The notes below the pieces were generated by a model, which saw nothing but the letters and a program-made list of their open reading frames with translations, was not told the origin of the DNA and did no database searches. A DNA stretch of 64,000 nt from assembly GCA_046290225.1 (NCBI GenBank), contig JBKAGE010000035.1, positions 128,001 to 192,000 on the forward strand. Reading direction: 5' to 3'. The translations under genes were made by a program, and so were the position numbers. Each line of letters begins with the position of its first letter. Positions within the stretch are counted from its first letter, which is position 1. The stretch is from Bradymonadia bacterium. GTDB taxonomy: Bacteria > Myxococcota_A > Bradymonadia > UBA7976 > UBA1532. This document shows positions 11,901 to 19,104 of this stretch, one piece after another.

Positions 11901-14846
11901 CGCGCGCCCTTCGATGCGCACGTCGACCCAACCGCCTTCTTCACCGCCCCGAGGCAGGCCGACGACGCCCGTGATGTCACCGTGGGTCACCTCTACCTGG
12001 GCCACGACCTCGCCGAGCCCGAGCGCTGTGGGGATGACGGGCTGGGCCATGAAACGCACTCGGCGGGCGCGGGCCTCGATCCATGGCTGAGCATCCACCA
12101 GCGCATGGGGCTGCACGACTTTCTCGAGCCAGCTCCAGGCATCACCGATCACTGGCACCCTCGCGCCCTCGAGCTCTGGTCCCGACTGAGCTCGACGCAA
12201 GGCGTAGAGCCGCCGACCGTTGGCCGCAGCCTCTGCCCGGGCCTCGTCGACGGTCATGGGCACGAGCGGGCCCCGCACGGAGGCTCGATGCATCAACGGG
12301 ATCGACCTCAGGGCCTCGATCAAGGGCCTCAGCGTGCCCTCGCGGGTCTGGGGCAGCCAGCGGTTGTCGAGGGCCGCCGCCAGGACGCCCCGCATTCGAG
12401 CGAGCACATCCCGCGGAGGCAGTGCATCGGCGCTCAGGGCCTGGACCTGCTCGATCACCAGCTGGGTCACCCCCTCGCTGACGAGCTCCAGCGCCTGCGT
12501 GCAGGCCCCGTCGTGCACGATGCCCGACCAGTCGGGGGTGGGCTTGAAAGCCGTGCAATCTACGGTGGCCACGAAGGGCCCCAGCTGCCGTAGGGCGGTG
12601 CTCACCTCGATGGGCGTCTCTGCCAGTAACCGATCGTGCCGCAGCCAGCGCACCACCATGGGTGTGTGTACCGTCTGTCTGCCCGTCCAGAACCACCCCG
12701 ACTTCTGAGGCTCGAGGCGGGCCACCTCACCCTCGAGGGGCATGTCGTTGATCCAGCCAGAGAGGGCGTGCCGCTGCACCGCGTCAGGCGCTTGAATGGC
12801 CGTGACGGGCTTTCTCAGGTGGCTGTCGGCCCACCAGCTGCGGGTGTAGTCTTCAGTGATCTCTGCCCGGGCTTTTCGGCCGAAGACCTGGGTGACCACC
12901 CGCTTCTCTCGCAGATCAAGGCGCACAGCCCGGGGGGGCACCTCACCGGATTTCCCCCAAAAGGGCGCACCGGCGTCGACCCAGGTGATCGGCCCCTCCT
13001 CGCGCCACGCCTGCAGATCGACCAACCGGACCGGCTGCTCGCGCAGGTCGCGAAAGAGCGGGCACCGCATCAGCGCCGTGTCACTGCCCATCACCTGGGC
13101 AGCGGGGCCCTCTTCACCACCCTTGGCCTTCAGCCCCAAGGCCGCCTGGACGAGGCCCTGCCAGCCCTGGTTCGCGCTCAGATAGCGCAAGAGCACATCT
13201 CGCACCGCGTCGTCTGTGGGCCGCTCGATCAGCTGCTCGGCGAGGCGCAGCATCAGCCGCTCCAGCGCCTCGTGGAGCGCCTCGGCAGCCGTCTCCAGCG
13301 CCTCGTCGATCTTCACACCCTCGTAGGTCTCATCGGGGGTGAGATCACCCTGCAGCACCGCCACCAGCCCGGGGATCTCCGAGGGCAAGGTCCGCTCACC
13401 GAGCAGGCAGCCATCGACGATGAGCTTGACGCTGATCCAATCGTCTTCGTTGCCGCGGATGCCGAGCTCGCCCACGAAGCCCTTCCAATCGATGGGCACC
13501 TTGGCCAAACACCACAGCGATCCCAGATCAGGCTGCGCCGTGCGCAACCGCCACGCCTGGCGGTGCCTGGCCCGCACCGCCTCTGCCTCGAGGGCCTCGG
13601 TGACGTCGACCAGCTTGAGGTCGGTGACGCCATGGCTCCTCGCAAAGCCCCACAGCGCCGCTCTGCGCTGATCGTCGAGCACGATCACCCAGGGCTGCTC
13701 GGGCATAGGCACAGTGGGGCCCTCGGTGTGGGTGTAGGGCACCTCGTCGCCTGCCTGGATCCACATCAGCAGAGCCCGAGTGGGGATGGGCTCGCCCAGG
13801 TTGGACAACCACAGGTCGCAGTCGAGCACGGCCCTGGCCACGCCCACCAGCTCGCCACCGAGAGCGTCGAACAGGCGATTGCGCAGCCAGTCGGGGATGA
13901 ACCGCTGTCCGCCCTCTTTCTCCACGAGCATGCGCCACAGCTTTGGCGCCACACCCTTGAGGCCGCGGACGACGTCCCACCACGCAGTGTCCATGACGAT
14001 GTTGCGCTGAGAGACGTCTTTGGTCAGAGCGCCGCTCTGCACAGTGGCCAGGAACCCAGGGGGCAAACCCTCGTCTTCGAGGGTGTGCGTGGTGATCCAG
14101 ACGCCGTCTTTGACGAGGTGCACCGCAGGCGGCTCTTGATTCGCCCGCAGGGCTGCCACCCCCTCATAGTCATTGCCTTTCACCTCGGCAGTGACCTCCC
14201 CCCCGGTCACGAAGAGGCCCCGGGAGACGGTCTTACCGTTCACCACCACCTCGCACTGGGCGTAGCGGCACTTCGTGGTGAGGATCTCCACCTCCCGCAG
14301 GGTGCCCACCATCCACCGGAACACCTCGCTCGCGCTCACGCTGCTCAGAGGCTCTTTCAGGTGAACGTGCGTGCCCGTGGGGGCTGGGTGCAGATCTTTG
14401 AAGCTGTCTCGATCGGCCTCGGCCATTTCGAGCATGGCGCCGGTCTCGCCGTCGCCGCTGGTGACCTTGACGAACTGCGGCGTGAGGGCGGTGGCGGCGT
14501 TGAGGCCGATGGCCAGGGCCTGCCGCGCCTTGAACACTTGCTTCGGCGCCCCACCGTCTTCGCCGAGCAAGGCCTCGTACAGCCTGTCGAAGTCTTCGAG
14601 GGTGAAGGGATCACCGTCAAAGCGCAGATGCATGTCGTCGGTGTCGATCTTGAACTCAAGGCGGCTGGCCCCTTTGAGCACGGCGGCTTCGACGAGCAGC
14701 AACATGTAGTGCAGCGGCTCGGCGAGCTGGAACTTCTGCATCTTCGACCGGGCTTTGTCGCGGTCGAGGGTGAAGCGCCCCTTGGAGTCGATGCGGCCCT
14801 CTGCCTTGAGGGCCTCGATCATGTCGTCGAGGCCGCCTTTGCTCAT
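5970..14846 (-). CDS. Giant (2,958 aa) Hsp90/HtpG-like protein: degenerate GHKL N-domain, ~10 middle-domain-like repeats, Hsp90-type C-terminal motif
   Basis: Uninterrupted ORF; ATG at 14846 follows a GGAGG RBS. N-terminus LLVEAAVLKGA...FDGDPF...AIGLNAA...GTHVHL resembles degenerate GHKL boxes. Recurring P-Phi-Phi-x4-5-G-x2-3-[ST]L motif. C-terminal INPDHALL resembles Hsp90 E[IL]NPDH. Confidence 0.62.
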   Translation of the reverse strand: MSKGGLDDMIEALKAEGRIDSKGRFTLDRDKARSKMQKFQLAEPLHYMLLLVEAAVLKGASRLEFKIDTDDMHLRFDGDPFTLEDFDRLYEALLGEDGGAPKQVFKARQALAIGLNAATALTPQFVKVTSGDGETGAMLEMAEADRDSFKDLHPAPTGTHVHLKEPLSSVSASEVFRWMVGTLREVEILTTKCRYAQCEVVVNGKTVSRGLFVTGGEVTAEVKGNDYEGVAALRANQEPPAVHLVKDGVWITTHTLEDEGLPPGFLATVQSGALTKDVSQRNIVMDTAWWDVVRGLKGVAPKLWRMLVEKEGGQRFIPDWLRNRLFDALGGELVGVARAVLDCDLWLSNLGEPIPTRALLMWIQAGDEVPYTHTEGPTVPMPEQPWVIVLDDQRRAALWGFARSHGVTDLKLVDVTEALEAEAVRARHRQAWRLRTAQPDLGSLWCLAKVPIDWKGFVGELGIRGNEDDWISVKLIVDGCLLGERTLPSEIPGLVAVLQGDLTPDETYEGVKIDEALETAAEALHEALERLMLRLAEQLIERPTDDAVRDVLLRYLSANQGWQGLVQAALGLKAKGGEEGPAAQVMGSDTALMRCPLFRDLREQPVRLVDLQAWREEGPITWVDAGAPFWGKSGEVPPRAVRLDLREKRVVTQVFGRKARAEITEDYTRSWWADSHLRKPVTAIQAPDAVQRHALSGWINDMPLEGEVARLEPQKSGWFWTGRQTVHTPMVVRWLRHDRLLAETPIEVSTALRQLGPFVATVDCTAFKPTPDWSGIVHDGACTQALELVSEGVTQLVIEQVQALSADALPPRDVLARMRGVLAAALDNRWLPQTREGTLRPLIEALRSIPLMHRASVRGPLVPMTVDEARAEAAANGRRLYALRRAQSGPELEGARVPVIGDAWSWLEKVVQPHALVDAQPWIEARARRVRFMAQPVIPTALGLGEVVAQVEVTHGDITGVVGLPRGGEEGGWVDVRIEGRALCRLTYHDLKHRVARLQVPEDMADAELTTIARDTGRRKIHQAVIRATDALMARLAEAVDDVREPHPHFLPRVYEALQRTGKRHGALLRTPCFRDLTGKWWSISALRDHLDGERPKAVMGDIELPDPVLRPSDLSVWLHDRVVLRLDVESRDALRAGLAPPTLVENEVKAAVVAHGRQRHTARQPEVPEAALAVERLSWPGGEGWVALVPEGALPQGTSAFKVDRVAVCKHGHVVDHVQLHPHLPCMAVATGAGVDVDASWRHAGLSDDLERRFVNAAMKLYGALIGEYGEAPEDRRQRIGRLLIDWVSTSPEAPAVPSLPREAAEAWRRVTSELHLVDHPHFPTLQKAVDAGASFQQAVDWSERVRLWRLRNTTTALALRGEGEQWAMAPVSVSWPTGQAVLGVSQRAIDVHSVPRPGGAMKVDVFWQSRHLTQRGETSPLGPFHVALVDERLMSTLSLDDIVTGSDYDAVIEQVLGAVPALVEAVIERGALRSDRYWLMAALRAYVPDPALIRALSWLVEEVDDDQSETTLDSALITYAALVRAVEGDPEHLPLIMRKRSAQGMRDALESIGEIALWPLLPEAEVGPPRPLMALLSAPLFTVAGPPESDAPTGQREPLCSLLHVIRSWSPKSKLYISEAVRCEFEPERLVLVPGKSERELLQRLFGAESFEDATDWLKQARRQWALSARPVAEVALAPGDALVTLDIGDGNRTGVGMDGIVGLSSRFQLGVNDAPDPEGLRVYREKRPLGHAPAPDPGLVAAIDDVRLTLNDDLDGVAEGPALERVLRRCKRARADLIKALVVRWPELDPAYRKVALHHVLYTLARQGSHRALQTEAGVAMADVPCLPTVNGPTISLKEAARSRAREGALLYMPHGAPEGESPVDPERRVLWVESDAEQEALRRIFGALQDYSERWALDQKAHQRRASLEPLTIPEDDAVLVKLALTDPEDGLEGAVYLHRQQAHDPRRLTLGGDGLAVATIEAFGRYPVSATLWGRRVEVDESWQSAALGDGGRRAVELAGHRLYTLLAEAYPQWLAEDDPRATPARRVLLELALVFREAQKRNQLDRAARRLYANTLEKLPLLWPHGDSRATLTSASALSSAEVRRQCDQAEIFFGKWPRDPYLSDEMWVQVQIEGRRSGVLGAPVRDLGSIEQLWAWRNRRPLDHLRSDHVIGPVAAAINDDTLIPDLHWSAVERGMDGLRREAWHALAHLVPEVVSKLVGARSRGQRVPGGPWALVCRATGFLAPEPVYLRWAAARHQAAPERLVEEWARMMRITRRHGPKAVAEAIESRLAGGGELDPTSVAAVARDAGSRQRSDLETPGDDGAGEVPPAALAFIEALALRPIWPSQQGPVHLMALCAPLTAGSPVLYADSAGAEHLEQPVIALGEMSASLLREVFGEALLGAGAWARRQAALSRFEARPQVDVAPPPERVLVEVPIDISEDQGGPVTGAVALTTPHPRHTDVQLMVHTRGRHVETIQTHTVAHGRALVGALDHPGLKLDEQLAIRRDDPALTAMVEALVDSPKALMKAVLEAWAGFSEAERQEAGLHVLDHLALESANALKARKGLLKSLRELPILPQVDGTLASLEAIAGAAERAGKVRFLPSMPEIEAPVEADLHVLIADFHVRKRLEKFFGAFQDYTEHHHRLARRHAARTKAPPLPERPEQTLGHTLVDNRGLRGEIWLPLDAEHPAVDFGEEGRALARTSMSVPIAGSIEGPAINIEQGTPLLTRDQSIYLERQGADLYRDLAEALQNDSLERAAKQEARGLLRHLVTVLRQQERREGSAMGRIERALLEDLYDVPVYAVEGGAFISVLTALNERPHSLVHLALWHEEAPAKASQASEPVAASQPEDPEIRVLEAIRQTLKRVRGGNAELLANLHLDRLKMQAYPLRRNAPVVTASGEGCAINPDHALLQPLMKAVRAEQAIAPRELALVASMIYTALNHWHDEITDADEVEFHRRLAVDLLER

Positions 14847-16199
14847 CGCCGACGCTCTTCCTCCCCGCCTTGAAAGTCGGGGTCTCCCACGCCGTCCCAA
14901 GTGGTTGATGGATACACTCTATACAGAGAACAAATGAGCAGATAAGTTGAGTAGATGGACATCAAGCGGGCATACCGATTCAGGTTCTACCCGAGCGAAG
15001 AGCAGGCGAAACAGCTTGCCCAGACGTTCGGGTGTGTACGCTTCGTTTACAACTGGGCGCTGAGGTTGCGCAGTGACGCTTGGAAGCAACGCCAAGAGAG
15101 CATCAGCTACGGCCAGTCCTCCGCAGCCCTCACGGCCCTCAAGAAGACCCCAGAGCATGCGTGGCTCAAAGACGTGAGCAGCGTACCTTTGCAGCAAACG
15201 CTTCGCCACCTCAACACAGCGTTTGGCAACTTCTTCGCCAAGCGCGGACGCTACCCGAGGTTCAAGCGCAAGCATGGGTCACAATCAGCGGAGTACACCC
15301 CCAGCGCCTTCAAGTGGGATGGCCAAACCCTCAAGCTGGCTAAGATGAAGCGCCCTCTCGATGTCCGGTGGTCGCGTCAAGTGCCCAAGGGCGCTCGGGT
15401 AACCACGGTGACCGTCTCCAGAGACGCCGCGGGGCGCTATTTCGTGTCCATGCTCGTCGACGACGCCGTAGCACCCTTGCCCAAGGTAAAGGGTCAAGTG
15501 GGCATCGACCTGGGGCTGACACATTTCGCCACATTGTCCACCGGCGAGAAGGTGGCTCCTGCCAACGTCCTGAGAAAACAAGAGAAGAAGCTGGCTCGAC
15601 TGCAGCGACAGATGGCCAGAAAGAAGAAGGGCTCGAGCAACAGAGTGAAAGCCCGCATCAAGATTGCCCGTTTGCATGCCCGCATCGCAGACACACGCAG
15701 GAACTTCCTGCATCAACTCTCCACTCGGCTCGTGCGCGAGAACCAAGTGATTGCCGTGGAGAGCTTGTCCGTGAGCAACATGCTGCGTAACCACTGCCTC
15801 GCCAAATCCATCACCGACGCCAGTTGGTCGGAATTCTTGAGACAGCTTCAATACAAATGCCTGTGGTATGGGCGCACTCTTGTTACCGTCGACCGCTGGT
15901 TTCCGTCCAGCAAGCGATGCTCAAGGTGCGGCTACACCCACACGAAAATGCCGCTCCATGTACGTTCTTGGCAGTGCCCTGAGTGCGGCATCACCCATGA
16001 CCGCGACATCAACGCGGCACGCAACCTTTTGGCCGCCGGGCTGGCGGTTTCTGCCTGTGGAGAGCTTGTAAGACCCACCTGCGCTTCGGCGCAGTTAAGG
16101 CCTTGGCCTTAGGCTTCTGTCGGGCGCGGCTTGTTGAAGCAGGAAGCTCCCCGAAGTGATTCGGGGAATCCCCTTCCTTTAAGTCGGGGAGGATGTCAA
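14847..16199 (+). mobile_element. Non-autonomous IS200/IS605-family element (IS1341-like, tnpB only, no tnpA)
   Basis: Begins right after TCAT (14843-14846, putative TAM). Left-end hairpin CCCCGCCTTGAAAGTCGGGG (14863-14882). Right-end hairpin CCCCTTCCTTTAAGTCGGGG followed by AGGATGTCAA ending at 16199. Removing 14847-16199 rebuilds an ATGA stop/start overlap between the flanking genes. Confidence 0.88.
14955..16112 (+). CDS. tnpB: RNA-guided endonuclease TnpB (IS200/IS605 family)
   Basis: N-terminal KRAYRFRFYP HTH; RuvC-I GIDLG; RuvC-II AVESL; Zn ribbon CSRCG...CPECG; RuvC-III DRDINAA. The D-E-D triad appears intact. Confidence 0.96.
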   Translation: MDIKRAYRFRFYPSEEQAKQLAQTFGCVRFVYNWALRLRSDAWKQRQESISYGQSSAALTALKKTPEHAWLKDVSSVPLQQTLRHLNTAFGNFFAKRGRYPRFKRKHGSQSAEYTPSAFKWDGQTLKLAKMKRPLDVRWSRQVPKGARVTTVTVSRDAAGRYFVSMLVDDAVAPLPKVKGQVGIDLGLTHFATLSTGEKVAPANVLRKQEKKLARLQRQMARKKKGSSNRVKARIKIARLHARIADTRRNFLHQLSTRLVRENQVIAVESLSVSNMLRNHCLAKSITDASWSEFLRQLQYKCLWYGRTLVTVDRWFPSSKRCSRCGYTHTKMPLHVRSWQCPECGITHDRDINAARNLLAAGLAVSACGELVRPTCASAQLRPWP

Positions 16200-16216
16200 C
16201 GCCAATCTACCCAGAT
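16040..16216 (+). ncRNA. Putative TnpB omegaRNA (right-end scaffold plus flank-derived guide starting CGCCAATCTACCCAG); 5' boundary approximate
   Basis: Hairpins TGCGC-TTCG-GCGCA, TAAGGC-CTTG-GCCTTA, CCCCGAA-GTGA-TTCGGGG and a GAAGCAGGAA motif lie between the tnpB 3' end and the terminal TCAA. This matches the established location of the TnpB reRNA. Confidence 0.7.
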
Positions 16217-19024
16217 CTTCACCTGAGCCTCGTCGGGGGCGTGCTTGCCGGGCTCGGCGAGTTCGATGCTGAGCCCCTCGGGGGGCACCTTCACCCCACC
16301 AAAGTAGAGCTTGGGGTTGGCCCACCGTTCCGAGGTGCGATCGTCGAAGCGCTTCACCGCAGGGGCGGGGCGCTTCTCCGTGGGCACCAGCGACTTGCCA
16401 TCGACTCGGTAGAAGACGAGGGCATCCTCGAAGGGCTTGAGGCTGAAGGGAGCGTCGAGGGTGTGCATGTACCGCAGGGTGCGATCGCGCATGCGATAGA
16501 AGATGCTGGGCTCGGTGGGCTTGCCCGGCCCGGCCTTGGGCTTCTTGACGCGGTAGTCGTACAGCTCGCTGGCGCCCCAGTACCGCTCACGGGCTGCGCC
16601 GGGCAGCATCTCGTTGATGATGCGGTAGCTGTACATGAGGCCCCGGCCTTCGTAGGTGATGTCCTGCACCGGAGCCTTGGGCCGATGGCACTCGGCCTTC
16701 AGCTCGGCCTCCGGCAGCCCCACGGGGTACCAGCCCATGTCCCGCACGAAGCAAACGGTCTTGTAGAAGGCCGACTTCATCGCCTCTTGAGCGCTCTCGG
16801 ACTTCAGCTCGTAGCGGGTGTCGAAGGCCTTGTCGTCGCCCTGGAACCACGTGTCGAGGCCCGGCAACTTGATCTCGTTGGGGTTGGCGTCGACGGCGAG
16901 CAGGAACCCCTTGCCCTGACCGTTCGTCGCCGGATCGTTCTCGCTCCAGGCGTAGGCGCCGTCGTAGTACCAGAGCACCACACCCGGGCGGGGCCGCGAG
17001 CGCACCGCCGCCATGGCCTGGGCCTTCGGATCGAAGAAGAACTTCACCCCAGGGCGGGCGAGGCCGGCGTCGTAGCGGTAGTGATCCTTGGCCTCAGCGT
17101 AGGGATCTCGATGCTCCACGAGGTAATAGTGGGGCACCAGCAGGGTGTGCTTGCCGGGGCTGCGGGTGAAGCCGTCGAGGCGCCACTCCGCCGCCGCTCG
17201 GGCCTCGAAGTCGTCGGTGAACATCGCGGCGCCGTCGGCCTTCACAGTGACGTTGTCGATGAGCATGCCCCGCATGACCGCCGCCATGTCGGTGAAGTAA
17301 CGCAGCCGGAACAGCGCCTCTTTGCCCTTGGCCGCGCCGAGATCGAAGCTGACGTTCACCCAGGTGGGCGCCAGGCAGGGGTTCTCCTGCTCGGCGCTTC
17401 GATCTTCCCCGTGAGCCAGCTTCTTCTTGGGATCGCACGCCTTGGCGCTCTCGTTCTTGCCGTCGCCGTCGAGATCACCCGAGAGCCCGGTGAAGCCCGG
17501 CAGGCTCTGCTTGCCGTCGTGGCCGTGCTTGGCGGGCATCATGGCCTTGTCGGTGGGCAGCACCCGGGTCCACGACCGGCCCCCGTCGGTGCTCAGCTCG
17601 GCATAGACGAAGTCCCAGCCCCCCTCGACCTCCCACCAGGCGTCGAAGCTGAGCGTGGCGCTCTTCTTGGCCTCGCGCAGATCGAGGGGCAGGGTGGCGG
17701 TGCGGTTCATCCCGTTGCCCTGGCCGCTGTAGAGGGCCATCTTCCCCTGCTTCTCTGCGAGCTCGGTGAGATCGAGCTTCAGAGTCTTCGGGGGCAGGAT
17801 GATCATGCCCGCCCGCCACAGCCCGGCCTTCTGATTGGCCCGAGCCACCGAAGCGGGGTCGAGAGGATCGTCGAGGGTGCGCAGATAGAATGAAGAGGTG
17901 GGCTTCCCCCCGAAGGCCGGAGGCGTGACGATGATCGGTCGCAGCCACCCGAGCATGATCCGAGACCACGCCGACAGGTTCTGGGGGCTGGGGCTGGCGG
18001 TGCTGCTCATGACCTCCCAGCCACCCGTGGAGTTGCTGCTGCTCCGGGCGTAGATGTCGGGCAGCCCGATGCTGTGACCGAACTCGTGGATGAAGGTGGC
18101 GGCCTCGGTGTACTCGGACTGCATGTTGTAATCGAGAGACCACAGCCCGTTGCCCATGGGCACCCCGCCCCGGGCGTGGGTGCGCCCTTCCACCACGGGG
18201 CCCTGACCCTCGCGCCGCTGGATGGCGAACCGGTGAGGCCACAACCGCTCGGCGCACTCCCGGGCCTCGGGGCTCAGGGTGTCGATGACGTCGGGGGCGG
18301 CGTTGGGGGTGAAGACGGTGTGCAGCTTGTAGAGCCCCTGGCACGAGGACTGACCGCCGCCGGCGTAGATGAGCACGAGGTGATCGAGGTAGCCGTCGGG
18401 CTCGTCGAGCACGCCATCACCGTCGAAGTCGTTGGGATCCCACCGATCATAGGCATCCCAGTCGAGGTTGCCGTGCTGCTTCACCGCAGCCTTGAGGGCC
18501 TCCTCCACGAGCCCCTCGGTCTCGCTGTCATTGCGCCATGAGCCGCCGGCAGGGCGCTTGGGGGCCCCATAGGCAGCCCGAGGCCGCTCGAGCTTCACAG
18601 GAGGCAGCACCTGACCCTGCAGGTGGTAGGTGTTCAGGCTCTGCTGTCGATAGTAGTGGCTCAGCGTGTTGGGCTTGGCGTAGCCCTCGTCGAAGAGCAG
18701 ATCCTCGTAGTAGGCGGTGAGCTTCAGGCCCTGGTTCTTGCTCTCCTTGAACCGCTCAAAGCCTCGATCCTGGAACTCCACGAGCACCACGAGCAGGTTG
18801 TGGGGCTTCTTCTTGCTGGCCCGCACCGGGGGGATGTGATCCCACCGCAGCTGCGGGTTGCCGAGCCGATCGAAGCGCATGGCGGCGAGATCTTGCACCA
18901 TGCGGGCTCTGGCCCCAGAGAGACCCTCTTCACCGATGGGGCCGTCTCCACCCGGGCCGATGGCGCCGGCGGGGGTCATGGTGAGCAGCAACAGGGCGGT
19001 ACACGCGCTGACGATGTGTCGCAT
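16196..19024 (-). CDS. Secreted M6-family (immune inhibitor A-like) zinc metalloprotease
   Basis: Signal peptide; LVVLVEFQD; YD..D..D.DGDG...EPDG..DH; zinc motif HEFGHSIGLPDIY; WEVMS Met-turn; C-terminal E.STDGG.SW...RLRYFTD...G..IDNV domain. Start set at the ATG after GGAG. Confidence 0.9.
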   Translation of the reverse strand: MRHIVSACTALLLLTMTPAGAIGPGGDGPIGEEGLSGARARMVQDLAAMRFDRLGNPQLRWDHIPPVRASKKKPHNLLVVLVEFQDRGFERFKESKNQGLKLTAYYEDLLFDEGYAKPNTLSHYYRQQSLNTYHLQGQVLPPVKLERPRAAYGAPKRPAGGSWRNDSETEGLVEEALKAAVKQHGNLDWDAYDRWDPNDFDGDGVLDEPDGYLDHLVLIYAGGGQSSCQGLYKLHTVFTPNAAPDVIDTLSPEARECAERLWPHRFAIQRREGQGPVVEGRTHARGGVPMGNGLWSLDYNMQSEYTEAATFIHEFGHSIGLPDIYARSSSNSTGGWEVMSSTASPSPQNLSAWSRIMLGWLRPIIVTPPAFGGKPTSSFYLRTLDDPLDPASVARANQKAGLWRAGMIILPPKTLKLDLTELAEKQGKMALYSGQGNGMNRTATLPLDLREAKKSATLSFDAWWEVEGGWDFVYAELSTDGGRSWTRVLPTDKAMMPAKHGHDGKQSLPGFTGLSGDLDGDGKNESAKACDPKKKLAHGEDRSAEQENPCLAPTWVNVSFDLGAAKGKEALFRLRYFTDMAAVMRGMLIDNVTVKADGAAMFTDDFEARAAAEWRLDGFTRSPGKHTLLVPHYYLVEHRDPYAEAKDHYRYDAGLARPGVKFFFDPKAQAMAAVRSRPRPGVVLWYYDGAYAWSENDPATNGQGKGFLLAVDANPNEIKLPGLDTWFQGDDKAFDTRYELKSESAQEAMKSAFYKTVCFVRDMGWYPVGLPEAELKAECHRPKAPVQDITYEGRGLMYSYRIINEMLPGAARERYWGASELYDYRVKKPKAGPGKPTEPSIFYRMRDRTLRYMHTLDAPFSLKPFEDALVFYRVDGKSLVPTEKRPAPAVKRFDDRTSERWANPKLYFGGVKVPPEGLSIELAEPGKHAPDEAQVKIWVDWR

Positions 19025-19104
19025 GGAGACTCCACGGTGATCGGGCCAGATGATCAGGACCGTGTCGTCATAGCTGATTTTCGGTGGAGTGTCGTGGTGA
19101 CGCG

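Noticed and set aside
3449..14873. Long plus-strand ORFs (3449..5068, 5065..6006, 5952..8219, 8394..10586, 12636..14873)
   Set aside because: Antisense shadows of real minus-strand genes, as expected in high-GC DNA. They carry no recognisable motifs.
14847..16199. Cas12/type V CRISPR effector, or nuclease-dead TldR regulator
   Set aside because: The protein is 385 aa with IS605-type ends and no array, and the RuvC D-E-D residues are intact.
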